Below are positions 46,616 to 57,000 of a stretch of DNA of 64,000 bases, one piece after another. Source of the DNA: Bacteroidales bacterium (lineage in GTDB: Bacteria; Bacteroidota; Bacteroidia; Bacteroidales; UBA932). Every line of letters starts with the position of its first letter. Position 1 is the stretch's first letter. The DNA lies in the NCBI GenBank assembly GCA_017479265.1, contig JAFVCK010000058.1:9473-73472 (forward strand). The letters are read 5' to 3'. The translations under genes and the position numbers were made by a program. The notes under the pieces were generated by a model. The model saw nothing but the letters and a program-made list of their open reading frames with translations, searched no databases and was not told where the DNA came from.

Positions 46616-47554
46616 ATGAAAAGACTTTTGTTTACAGCAGCCGCAGCACTTGCAGTGCTGAGCGGCGTATCGTGCAAAAAGGACGGGAACCAGGGTCCTA
46701 CCACCAAGCCTACGATTTCCTGGGGCGTGGAGAATGCTTCACTGGTGCAGATAGGCAGCAAGGAGAACACCAAGGTGACCATCACGGCGGAAGAAGGCCT
46801 GGATACTTTCACCGCCGAGCTTACCCTTCCATCCATAATGGTGGCTTCCACCCTCAATTCCACCGTTCTGGGCATACAGGCCAACTGGGCTGACGAGAAG
46901 AAGAATGCAATTCTGGACTTCGTAAATGACGACAAATGCGCCAAATACTTCGGATTGTCCTCAGTGAGGAACTCCAAGAGCGCCGTAGTTGACCCCGGTA
47001 TCCTGGTAAAGGCCCTTCTGGAGGGTTACGCCGCAAAGGACGGGGACGAATTCGTGTTCAGTTTCTATGTAAAGGATGCTGCAGGACAGGAAGTCAGGTC
47101 CACCTATACCTTCCACTGGACAGCCGAGCCTTCATACGAATGGCCCTCCGGCGACTTCACCAAGCCTCTTTCAGTGAATCCCGAGGATCCCGATGCAATC
47201 AAGGCCACATTCAAGATTGCGGCTCCTGCCAAGATACAGAAGTTCTTCATTGTCGTCCGCTCCAACTCCGATGATGCTCTTGATTATGCGTCCTCCAACG
47301 CCAAGGTCGCAATCACGGAAAAGAGCGTCAGGCTCGACCTCATAGGCAATGCCCTTGTCAAGCGTTTCAACTTCGGAACCGTCGGCGAAGCCCTCGTCGG
47401 ACTGACTTCCGTTGAAATCGACCTCGCAGACTTCGTATCCGATTGCCTTCTTGGTGAAGGTGCCGGCACGACCCTCTCCGCCGAGCTGGAGGTCACCGAC
47501 GATTTCGACCGTACCACCACATCCCCTGCCGCTACCTTCATAGTAGCCGAATAA
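46616..47554 (+). CDS. Lipoprotein with two beta-rich repeats resembling the stalk domains of the DUF4493 proteins
   Basis: Lipobox GVSC; KPTISW...ITAEEGL and EPSYEW...IAAPAKIQKF resemble APTMTW...INAPEKIAGF in 38713-40008. Confidence 0.65.
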   Translation: MKRLLFTAAAALAVLSGVSCKKDGNQGPTTKPTISWGVENASLVQIGSKENTKVTITAEEGLDTFTAELTLPSIMVASTLNSTVLGIQANWADEKKNAILDFVNDDKCAKYFGLSSVRNSKSAVVDPGILVKALLEGYAAKDGDEFVFSFYVKDAAGQEVRSTYTFHWTAEPSYEWPSGDFTKPLSVNPEDPDAIKATFKIAAPAKIQKFFIVVRSNSDDALDYASSNAKVAITEKSVRLDLIGNALVKRFNFGTVGEALVGLTSVEIDLADFVSDCLLGEGAGTTLSAELEVTDDFDRTTTSPAATFIVAE

Positions 47555-47569
47555 GGGACACAATACGAT

Positions 47570-47603
47570 AAATCCCGGGCTCAGCGACCTGAGTCCGGGA
47601 TTT
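47570..47603. terminator. Bidirectional terminator
   Basis: aaatcccgggctcag-cgac-ctgagtccgggattt between convergent genes. Confidence 0.75.
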
Positions 47604-47619
47604 CTTTTGAAGTGTCTGC

Positions 47620-47793
47620 TTACTCCTCGGGAGCGATTGCGCCGGTAGGGCATACGCCTGCGCATGTGCCGCAGTCTATGCAGACGTTGGGGTCAATCTT
47701 GTAAACGTCACCCTCGCTGATAGCGCCGACGGGGCATTCTCCGATGCAAGTGCCGCAAGCGACACAGATGTCTTCTGCAATTTTGTGTGCCAT
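47620..47793 (-). CDS. 2[4Fe-4S] ferredoxin (57 aa)
   Basis: CVACGTCIGECP and CIDCGTCAGVCP. Confidence 0.96.
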   Translation of the reverse strand: MAHKIAEDICVACGTCIGECPVGAISEGDVYKIDPNVCIDCGTCAGVCPTGAIAPEE

Positions 47794-47924
47794 AATCTTA
47801 GTCCTTATTATTAGTTGTTGTTCTTCATTCCTGAGGGCCTTCTGCCCGGAAAAACTCTGCAAATCTATAACATTTATTCCGATTTTTCAAAAAAAGGTAG
47901 GATATTTGTATAAATTTGCGTGTT

Positions 47925-49007
47925 ATGAGAAAGATAGCAACACTCCTTTGCGCGATTCTGACCATAGGAATGGCCGGGCAGACACGCAGTTCCTCCTCCG
48001 GGATTAGCATTGACGGCAAGGTGGAGCTCGACAAGAACGTACATGATTTTGGAGATGTCCTGCTGGGCACTCCCATCAGCTGTTCCTTTGCGGTGAAGAA
48101 CATTTCCTCCGAGACCATGGTCATATACAACGTGGCCCAGTCCTGCGGCTGCACTGACGTGGACTGGACCAGGACTGACATAGCGCCGGGGGAGAGCGGA
48201 ACTGTCAAGGCCACATATACCAACGACGAAGGGGCATATCCTTTCTCCAAGTCCCTGACCGTGTACATATCCTCCCTTCCCAAGCCCGTTGTGCTGCGAT
48301 TCAGGGGCACTTCCCGCAGCGAAGTCCTGCCTCTTGCCCAGAGGTATCCCGTCCATCTTGGCAGCCTCGCCCTCAAGGACAGGGTGTTCGCCGCAGGCAA
48401 CATGGGGCAGGGGAGCCAGCGTACCGATGCCTTCACCGTGGCCAACATCGGAAAGAAGACCATGGAACTATCCTTCGAGGATATTTCCGATTGCCTGAGC
48501 GTCTCCCCGAGGAGGCTGACCATTCCCGCAGGCGAGACTGCAAGGGTCTCATATACAGTTACTTCCTCACGTGAGCACTGGGGCAAGAACTGGTACTGCA
48601 TGACTCCCGTCGTCGGGGGCACCAAGATGGACAAGATAGAAATATGGGCCTTCACCAAGGAGGACTTTTCATCCTGGAGCAAGGCTGACAGGGACAAGGC
48701 AGCGGAGCCTGTTTTCGAGGCCAGTACGGCCAATCTCGGAGTTTTGCGAGGCGGCAAGGCCAAGGCCGTATTCACCCTGACCAACAGGGGCAAGAGCCCT
48801 CTTCATATCTACAAGGCGGACTGCGAAGACCCGGCCGTAAGCGTATCCGATATCAAGGATGTCCCTGCCGGAGGCAAGGGCACGATTGAAGCGGAAGTCG
48901 ATGTGGAGCGCCTTGAAAAGGGAGAATTCACCCTGATAGTGACCCTCACGACAAACACTCCGCTTCGGCCTCTGATCAATCTTTTCATAGCAGGAGCAAA
49001 GCAGTGA
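47925..49007 (+). CDS. DUF1573 Ig-like repeat exported protein
   Basis: HDFGDV, VAQSCGCT, IAPGESG; three Ig-like repeats. Confidence 0.85.
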   Translation: MRKIATLLCAILTIGMAGQTRSSSSGISIDGKVELDKNVHDFGDVLLGTPISCSFAVKNISSETMVIYNVAQSCGCTDVDWTRTDIAPGESGTVKATYTNDEGAYPFSKSLTVYISSLPKPVVLRFRGTSRSEVLPLAQRYPVHLGSLALKDRVFAAGNMGQGSQRTDAFTVANIGKKTMELSFEDISDCLSVSPRRLTIPAGETARVSYTVTSSREHWGKNWYCMTPVVGGTKMDKIEIWAFTKEDFSSWSKADRDKAAEPVFEASTANLGVLRGGKAKAVFTLTNRGKSPLHIYKADCEDPAVSVSDIKDVPAGGKGTIEAEVDVERLEKGEFTLIVTLTTNTPLRPLINLFIAGAKQ

Positions 49008-49030
49008 CACTTTCACCTGATACACAATAA

Positions 49031-49059
49031 AAACCCTCCCGGCCCAGCCGGGAGGGTTT
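49031..49059. terminator. Bidirectional terminator
   Basis: aaaccctcccggc-cca-gccgggagggttt. Confidence 0.8.
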
Positions 49060-49080
49060 GTCGTATCGTATGGAAGGGGC

Positions 49081-51891
49081 CTATTCGGCTCTCATCACTA
49101 TCTCGCAGAAGTTGCCGCTGCCAAGCAGTGTCGTGAGGACATCCTTCACGTCGGAAATCTTTAGGTTGTTGATAGCCTTCTCCTTCTCTACGTCTGCATC
49201 GAAACCGTAGTCATTCTTCTGGCGGAGTACTGCACCCCAGTAGTTGTTGGTGATACGGTTCTCGGGGAGGTTCTTGAGCATGTTCTTGACGGCCATGTCG
49301 AATTCCTCGGGGGTAGGACCCTGCTCTGCAAGTTCCTTCAGGCCGGCGACAGCCAGTTCGCGAAGCTTGTCGGCGGACTCGGGGTTGGTGTCGAAGGAAA
49401 TCTGCAGGGTTGCAATCTGCTGAGGAATGATGGACAGGTCGGCTGATGAATGTGCGCCGTATGTGCCGCCTTCTTCCTCACGCAGGGAAGTGACATAACG
49501 CATGTCGAGGATATAGCTTGCTGCATCGAGGGCGACCTCGTTGGCGAAGCTGTAGTTCATGGGTGCGGAATACACATGGGCAACGGTGACCTTCGCAGCC
49601 TCCATGGGGACCTTGAAGTCAACTGTGCGCCTGCCGGGGAGAATCTCGGCGTTGTTGTCCACCCACTTACCTGCCTTGCCCTTGGGCAGAGAGCCTATGT
49701 ACTTCTCTACCAGAGGCTTGATGCCTTCGGGAGTGAAGTCGCCGGTGATGATGACGGTCAGTCCGCCGGCATCCTTGAAGAGCTGCTTGCGATACACTCT
49801 CTCAATGGTCTGGAGACTTGCATTCTTGAGGGTGCTTTCGTCTATCATGGCATGCCTGGGGTTGTTCTTGCCATAGAGAGTCTCGAGGGCCCTCTGGGAG
49901 AACTTGTAGTTGGGCTGGTTGACGAAGTTGGGGATGACGGCCTCGAGGGTGGCAATTCCCTTGTCATACTCGCTCTGGTCGAAACGGGGATCGACATACT
50001 GCAGGTACAGGATCTGGAAAGCGGTCTCCAAGTCCTTGACTGTGGACCATGCCCTGATACCGTGACGGTAATCGTAGAAGTATGCGGAAGCGTTGGCCTG
50101 CTTTCCGGCGAGCATCTTGCTCTTTACGGTGCCGGAGAAGGAGGATACGCCGCTGTTCTCCTGGAAGAGGGCGATGATGTTGCTGTCGAAGCTGGGGAGG
50201 TCCTTTTCGGCTATTATTGAAGTTCCGCCCGGTTTGTATGCATTGATGACTATCCTGTCTTTTTCGAAATCGGAAGGATAGAGGATAACCTTGACACCGT
50301 TCTTGAGAGTCCATACGGTGGAACCGTGTATGCCCTCCTGGGTCTTCTTGACGGGTGCGCCCTTGAGTGCGGCAGGGTTGAGGAATGCCTCGGGAATGGC
50401 CTCGCCTTCATTGGCCTTGATGTCGGAGGCGCGGACCTCTTCGATGGCCTTGAGGAAGTCTTCCTTTGAAGGATGGCTCAGTCCGGCCTTCTCGGGAGCC
50501 TGGTAAACGACCACGAGATTGTCCTCGGTAATGGTCTGGGCGGCTACCTGGCTGAGAATCTGGGCGTTGACCATGGGGAGTATCTGCTTTGCGAGCTCAT
50601 ACTCCATTTCGGGACCGAGCACGGGAGAATTGTCGAAGAAGTTGTTTATGAGTTCATAGACAAGTTCCGGGCTCTTGCGGGTGTCGGCCTCGTTGACTGC
50701 ACGCTCGTACTGGGAGAGCATTTCAGTCTTGGCCCTCTCGACCTCGTCGTCGTTGAATCCGAACCTGCGGAGCTTCTCGCACTCGGTGTAGTAGGCCTTG
50801 AATGCATTGACTGCATCGCCTTCCTTGGAGGAAACGCCGCCATAGATGGCCTCGACGGTCTCGCAAAGGTCGGTGATGTAGAAGAATCCGTTCAGGAAAG
50901 GAGCGTTGGGAGCGGCCGCGATATCATCCAGACGCTCGCGCATGATGGAGGATATGAGGTTCTTGATCATTTCGACCATGACACCGGAAATGGTGTTGTT
51001 CATGATTTCGGGCATGGGCTCGCTCTTCCAGATGACGTTCACGCTGGTGCCGGTAGCCTCAGGGTCTGTCACTATGCCAACGATAGGCTCTGCGTTGTCG
51101 GGAACCTTGATGACATCCTTGGGCCTGGGGTCCACGGGTGCCGGAATGTCGGAGAATATTTCCTTGATCTTGTTCTCGGTGTAATCGGCATCTACGTCAC
51201 CAACCACGATAAGTGCCTGAAGGTCAGGACGGCACCATGTCTCGTAGAAGGCCACGAGGCTCTCGGGCTTGAAGGTCTTGAGGTGCTCCTCAGTGCCTAT
51301 GACGGTGGTGGTTGCGTACTTGCTGTCTCCATAGATATATTCGCCTGACTTCTCGCGCATTCTCCAGGAAGCGCTGTTGCGGGTCCTCTTTTCCTCGAGG
51401 ATAACGCCTCTTTCCTTGTCGATTTCGACAGGGTCGTTGGTCACGAAGTGGGAGTAGTCATGCATTATGAGAATACAGGTGTCGATGACGCTGGGGCGGA
51501 GCAGGGGAATGTTGTTGAGCATGTAAACAGTCTGCTCGACTCCGGTGGAAGCGTTGACATTGCCGCCGAAGGATGCGCCTATGCTCTGCAGATAGTCGAG
51601 AATGCCCTTGTCGGGGAAGTTCTTGGTACCGTTGAAGCACATGTGCTCGAGGAAGTGGGCGAGACCGTCCTGGTCGGGAGCTTCCTGGATGGCACCTACG
51701 TTGGTGGCGAGATAGAATTCCGCACGGCCCTCGGGAAGGGCGTTGTGGCGGATGTAATAGGTCATGCCGTTGTCCAGCACGCCTTTGCGGACGGCGGGAT
51801 CAAGGGGCAGCTGCTGGGAAGCGGGGTCCTGGGCCACAAGGGCGAAGGCCGAGCAAAGCACTGCAGCGATGGTTAAAAAAGTTTTTCTCAT
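49081..51891 (-). CDS. M16 family zinc peptidase (PqqL-like)
   Basis: GLAHFLEHMCFNGT (HxxEH), LDNGMTYYI, LREEEGGTYG; signal peptide from 51891. Confidence 0.93.
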   Translation of the reverse strand: MRKTFLTIAAVLCSAFALVAQDPASQQLPLDPAVRKGVLDNGMTYYIRHNALPEGRAEFYLATNVGAIQEAPDQDGLAHFLEHMCFNGTKNFPDKGILDYLQSIGASFGGNVNASTGVEQTVYMLNNIPLLRPSVIDTCILIMHDYSHFVTNDPVEIDKERGVILEEKRTRNSASWRMREKSGEYIYGDSKYATTTVIGTEEHLKTFKPESLVAFYETWCRPDLQALIVVGDVDADYTENKIKEIFSDIPAPVDPRPKDVIKVPDNAEPIVGIVTDPEATGTSVNVIWKSEPMPEIMNNTISGVMVEMIKNLISSIMRERLDDIAAAPNAPFLNGFFYITDLCETVEAIYGGVSSKEGDAVNAFKAYYTECEKLRRFGFNDDEVERAKTEMLSQYERAVNEADTRKSPELVYELINNFFDNSPVLGPEMEYELAKQILPMVNAQILSQVAAQTITEDNLVVVYQAPEKAGLSHPSKEDFLKAIEEVRASDIKANEGEAIPEAFLNPAALKGAPVKKTQEGIHGSTVWTLKNGVKVILYPSDFEKDRIVINAYKPGGTSIIAEKDLPSFDSNIIALFQENSGVSSFSGTVKSKMLAGKQANASAYFYDYRHGIRAWSTVKDLETAFQILYLQYVDPRFDQSEYDKGIATLEAVIPNFVNQPNYKFSQRALETLYGKNNPRHAMIDESTLKNASLQTIERVYRKQLFKDAGGLTVIITGDFTPEGIKPLVEKYIGSLPKGKAGKWVDNNAEILPGRRTVDFKVPMEAAKVTVAHVYSAPMNYSFANEVALDAASYILDMRYVTSLREEEGGTYGAHSSADLSIIPQQIATLQISFDTNPESADKLRELAVAGLKELAEQGPTPEEFDMAVKNMLKNLPENRITNNYWGAVLRQKNDYGFDADVEKEKAINNLKISDVKDVLTTLLGSGNFCEIVMRAE

Positions 51892-52059
51892 ATCAATTGT
51901 GTTAAATACATTGCAAATATAGGTTATTTTATCGAAAAACAAAAAAAATATATCATATTTCGTTTGTCTCCCAAGCTATATTCTATCTGCAAATATAAGA
52001 CCAATATTCTACAAGTACAAGTTTTTTTGATTTTGGCTGAAATGTGTTAAATTTGCAAC

Positions 52060-53010
52060 ATGTTAGAAGATTTCAAACTGAGGGTTTTTCTGGAGGTGGC
52101 TTCCTGCGGGAGTTTCACTACGGCGGCGGGCCGTCTGGGCATTTCGCAGCCGGCCGTGAGCCAGAGCATAAACACCCTTGAGAAACTTCTCGGCGTACAG
52201 CTTCTCACCAGGGCCCGAGGCGAGGCCTATCTCACGGCCGAGGGCCGGGCCCTCAAGGAATATGCGGAAAAGATACTCTACTGGTACGATGCCGCTTCCA
52301 GCATGTTCGGCTCCTCCGGGAGGCTCACTTTCAACCGTCCCGTGCGCATTGCGGCCGACGAGGTCCTGGCTTCATATCTGCTGCCCCGCGCCCTTGTCAC
52401 CCTGTATGCTTCTCATCCCGAACTTGGCTTCCAGATAGGCCCCATAGGAGGCGAAAGCCTTCCCCGCAATGTGTTCGAAGTGCCCCTGGAATATGACGGG
52501 AGCGTCCCCGGGACCCATTTCGGCACTCCCTCCGATGCTGACGTGGAGCTGAGCGTCAGTCCAAGCCCGGAGACCATGGATTTCGAAGGGGAGAGCAGGC
52601 TTCTGGGAGTGATGGACGCCGTGCTGGTCACTTCGCCGCTCAACCGCGCACTGGCCAATTCCGTGCAGGGCGACGCGAAGCCCTTCTCCACCCTTGCGGG
52701 AGTGCATGTGTCCAACCGTTTTGCCGTTTGGGACCGCTACCTGCCTTCGCTCAGCGCCGACATAATCGCAAGGACCACGGTCAATTCCTCTTCCATAGAG
52801 GCGGTCAAGTCCATGGTCATGGCTTCGCAGTCCCTGGCCGGCCTGCTGCCTGCCATATCGGTGCGCTCCGAACTACAGTCAGGCGCGCTGATTCAGCTGC
52901 CTGTGCAGCTTCCCCAGCACGCCTTTGACATTCATTTCAATCCGCTTCCCGAATTTGCGGGAAAGGATGTCTGCAAATTGCTCCGTCAGGCTCTCGCTAC
53001 TTCCTTATAG
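52060..53010 (+). CDS. LysR-family transcriptional regulator
   Basis: SFTTAAGRLGISQPAVSQSINTLEKLLGVQLL HTH; divergent effector domain. Confidence 0.9.
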   Translation: MLEDFKLRVFLEVASCGSFTTAAGRLGISQPAVSQSINTLEKLLGVQLLTRARGEAYLTAEGRALKEYAEKILYWYDAASSMFGSSGRLTFNRPVRIAADEVLASYLLPRALVTLYASHPELGFQIGPIGGESLPRNVFEVPLEYDGSVPGTHFGTPSDADVELSVSPSPETMDFEGESRLLGVMDAVLVTSPLNRALANSVQGDAKPFSTLAGVHVSNRFAVWDRYLPSLSADIIARTTVNSSSIEAVKSMVMASQSLAGLLPAISVRSELQSGALIQLPVQLPQHAFDIHFNPLPEFAGKDVCKLLRQALATSL

Positions 53011-54010
53011 ATTCCAGCCAGTGGAAGAGGGTAGCATGTACGGCATCCCTGTCCTTCTCCATGTAATCCTTGTCCCAGAACTTGAGGGTGGTAAAGCCCC
53101 AGCCGTGGTTGCCGTTGGCATAAAGGTGCATTTCGGCTCTCACTCCGCAGCGGCGAAGCGCATCGTAGTACATTATGCTGTTCTCAACGGGAACTGTCGT
53201 GTCCCCGGTGCTTGCCAGAAGAAGGGTAGGGGGAGTCCGGGCGTTCACCCTGTTCTGCAATGAATACTTCTCCTCCAAGGCATTGTACTGCTCCATGCGG
53301 GAGATATATTCATTATAGGGAAGCGTCCTGTCGTCCCAGTCCTCGCGCTTTCCTATGAGGAAGTCGTGGGTGCCCTGATGGGTCAGGGCCCCGAAAGTAA
53401 TTACAGGATAATAGAGTACGGAAAAGTCCGGGCGGGTGATTTCGTCCGTCCAGAGGGTGGATGCGCTGGCGGCAAGATGTCCTCCCGCCGAGAAGCCCAT
53501 CACGCCTATCTGCTTGACGCCCCACTCCGCGGCATGGGCGCGGCAATAGCGGAAAGCGTTCTGCACGTCGCGAAGGGGCACTTCCCAATGTCCGTAGGGC
53601 AGCCTGTAATAGACCACGCAGACGGCTATTCCCTTCTCCATCAGGTAGTCAGCTGCGTAGTGGCCCTCATTCTTGGTGGACACTATCCAGTAGCCACCTC
53701 CGGGGCATACCACGACCATCTGGCCGTTGCATTTCTTGGGAATGTAAAGATATATCCTGGCGCTGTCTCCTATGAAACTGCGGTCGCCCCAGTCGTTGAT
53801 TTCCTCGTGGCGTGTGCAGCCGTTGGATTCGCCGGGGCCGAGGGTAACCTCCACTCCGTTCTCCACTATGCCTTTGTCCACATTCTGGCCCTCGGGATAC
53901 AGAAGCAGCATTTTGGTCTCCTTGACGGGCTGTTTCTTCTTGGGGGCCGATACGGCGGGCACGGCGCACAGCATGGTGGCCAATGCCAAAAGTGCTAATG
54001 TCTTTTTCAT
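52997..54010 (-). CDS. Alpha/beta hydrolase (BD-FAE/xylan esterase-like)
   Basis: CPGGGY, GFSAGGH nucleophile, D..VP, GNHGWG; signal peptide. Confidence 0.9.
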   Translation of the reverse strand: MKKTLALLALATMLCAVPAVSAPKKKQPVKETKMLLLYPEGQNVDKGIVENGVEVTLGPGESNGCTRHEEINDWGDRSFIGDSARIYLYIPKKCNGQMVVVCPGGGYWIVSTKNEGHYAADYLMEKGIAVCVVYYRLPYGHWEVPLRDVQNAFRYCRAHAAEWGVKQIGVMGFSAGGHLAASASTLWTDEITRPDFSVLYYPVITFGALTHQGTHDFLIGKREDWDDRTLPYNEYISRMEQYNALEEKYSLQNRVNARTPPTLLLASTGDTTVPVENSIMYYDALRRCGVRAEMHLYANGNHGWGFTTLKFWDKDYMEKDRDAVHATLFHWLESIRK

Positions 54011-54067
54011 GGGTTCAAAAAAGAAGCGACCGGCCATGACTGGCCGGCCGCATGTGAATACTGCCGA

Positions 54068-57000
54068 TTACTTGCCTGCGAGACGCTTGTAGGTGTTGTA
54101 ACGCACCTTTGCGAACTCCTCGGTCTTGTCCAGAAGCTCCTGGGCGTTCTCGGGGAAGAGCTTGTACAGGGAAGCGAAACGGACCTCGCCCTTGAGGAAG
54201 TCCTGGAACTTGGTCCAGTCGGGCTCCTTGGAATCAAGGGTGAAAGGATTCTTGCCCTGCTCCTCCAGAGCGGGGTTGTACCTGTACAGATGCCAGTAGC
54301 CGCAATCCACTGCAAGCTTCTCCTCCTTCTGGCTCAGACCCATGCCGGCCTTCAGACCGTGGTTGATGCAAGGGGAGTATGCAATGATGAGGGAAGGACC
54401 GTCGTAGGCCTCGGCCTCCTTGATTGCGTTCATGTACTGGACGGGACTGGAACCCATGGCGACCTGTGCTACATGGACATAACCGTAGCTCATTGCCATC
54501 ATTCCGAGATCCTTCTTGCGAATCTTCTTGCCGCTGGCCGCGAACTTGGCGATTGCACCCACGGGAGTGGACTTGGAAGACTGTCCGCCGGTGTTGGAAT
54601 ACACCTCGGTGTCAAGCACCAGGACATTCACGTTCTCGCCGCTGGCGAGCACATGGTCCAGACCGCCGTAACCGATATCGTATGCCCAGCCGTCGCCGCC
54701 GAATATCCACTGGCTGCGGGCGGGGATGAAGTGCTTGTACTCGAGAAGCTGCTTGCTGATGTCGCAGCCGCACTCCTCCATCAGAGGAACGAGCTTGTCG
54801 GCGACCTCGCGGGTGATGGCTGCATCCTCGCGGTTGTCAAGCCACTGTGCGTAGAGAGCCTTCATGGCCTCTGAACAATGGGGGCACTCCAGGCCTTCCG
54901 CCATGAGCCTTGCCACCGTAGCGCGGGCGCGGTCGGAACCGAGCTTCATGCCGAGGCCGAACTCTGCGTTGTCCTCGAACAGGGAGTTCTGCCATGCGGG
55001 ACCGTGGCCCTGTGCGTTGGTGCAATAAGGGGAGGCGGGGAAGGAAGCGCCGTAAATCGAAGAACAGCCGGTTGCGTTGGCAATCATCATGTGGTCGCCG
55101 AAGAGCTGGGTGATGTTCTTGATATAAGGGGTCTCGCCGCAACCTGCGCAAGCTCCGGAGAACTCGAACAGAGGCTGTGCGAACTGGGCGTTCTTCATGG
55201 AAGCGGCCTTGGGGACGATGTTGTCCTTGTAACCGACCTTGGCGTTCATGTAGTCGAATGCGGCCTGCTCTGCCTCCTGACCCTGTGCGGAGACCATCTT
55301 GATGGCCTTCTCGGGCTTGCAAGGGCATACATCCACGCAGTTGCCGCAACCGGTACAGTCGGCGACGGAAGTGGCGATGGCGAACTTCCAGTCCTTGAGC
55401 TGGGCCTTGCCCTGGGCAATCTTGGTGAGAGCAGGGGCGTTGGCGGCCTCTTCGTCGCTCAACAGGAAAGGACGTATCGCGGCGTGAGGACATACGAACA
55501 CGCAGCTGTTGCACTGGATACACTTGTCTGGATCCCATGAAGGAACCATGACTGCGACTCCGCGCTTCTCGTAAGCGGTGGTGCCGGCGGGCATGGTGCC
55601 GTCAGCATAGGGAAGGAAGGTGCTCACGGGGAGGGAATCGCCTTCCTGGGCGTTCACCAGGTCGGCCACCTTCTTGACGAACTCGGGAGCGAGACGGTCC
55701 TTGTTGGGGTTCTCGAACTTGGCGTTGATTTCAGCCCAGTCTGCGGGAACTTCCACCTTGGTGTATTCTCCGCCGCGGTCAACTGCCGCGAAGTTCATGT
55801 TCACCACGTTCTCGCCCTTCTTGCCGTAACTCTTGACGATGGCATCCTTCATGTACTTGACGGCATCCTCGTAGGGGAGAATTCCGGTAATCTTGAAGAA
55901 TGCGCTCTGGAGTATGGTGTTGGTCCTGCCGCCGAGGCCTATCTCGGAGGCAATCTTGGTGGCGTTGATGATATAGAGGTTGATATGCTTCCTGCCGATT
56001 ATGGACTTGACGTTGTCAGGAATCCTCTTTACGGTCTCTTCCTCGTCCCAAAGGCTGTTGAGCAGCAGGGAACCGCCTTCCTTTATGCCCTTGAGCACAT
56101 CGTACTTCTGCAGGTATGAAGGAACGTGGCAGGCCACGAAGTCGGGAGTGGATACCAGATAGGGGGCCTTGATGGGAGCGTGGCCGAAACGAAGGTGGGA
56201 GCAGGTATATCCGCCTGATTTCTTGGAATCATAGTCGAAATATGCCTGGCAGTAGTCGTCGGTATGGCTGCCGATAATCTTGATGGTGTTCTTGTTGGCG
56301 CCTACGGTACCGTCGGAGCCGAGGCCGTAGAACTTGCACTCCATGGTGCCGGGCTTCACTATGGAAATCTCTTCCTTGACGGGGAGGGACTTGAAGGTCA
56401 CGTCATCGACTATGCCTATTGTGAAGTCTTTCTTGGGCTCGCGGAGGGCGAGGTTGTCATACACCGCGACAATCTGTGCGGGGGTGGTGTCCTTGGAGGA
56501 CAGACCGTAACGGCCGCCAATTACCAGAGGACTCTTGTCCTTGCCCTGGAAGAGGGCCTTGACATCGAGGTAGAGGGGCTCTCCGAGAGCTCCGGGCTCC
56601 TTGGTCCTGTCGAGCACGGCGATGCGCCTGACGCCGGCGGGGAGCACGCTGAGGAAGTATTTCTCGCAGAAAGGCCTGTACAGGTGGCAGGTTACGAGGC
56701 CTACCTTCCTGCCCTTTGCGGCGAGGTAGTCTATGGTCTCCTTGATGGTCTCGGTGACGGAACCCATGGCCACGATTATGTCCTCGGCATTCTTGTCTCC
56801 GTAGTATGTGAAGGGCCTGTACTCGCGTCCGGTGAGCTCGCTGATTTCACCCATGTAGCGGGCTACGATGTCGGGAATGTCCTCGTAGAACTTGTTGCGG
56901 GACTCCAGGGCCTGGAAATAAACGTCTCCGTTCTGGGCCGTGCCGCGGGTGACGGGAGCGTCGGGATTGAGGGCACGCTGGCGGAACCTGCTGAGCGACT

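Noticed and set aside
54760-54900. Extra Cys pairs (CPHC, CGC) in the PFOR C-terminal domain
   Set aside because: Similar Cys-containing segments occur in other anaerobe PFORs; no evidence of novelty from sequence alone
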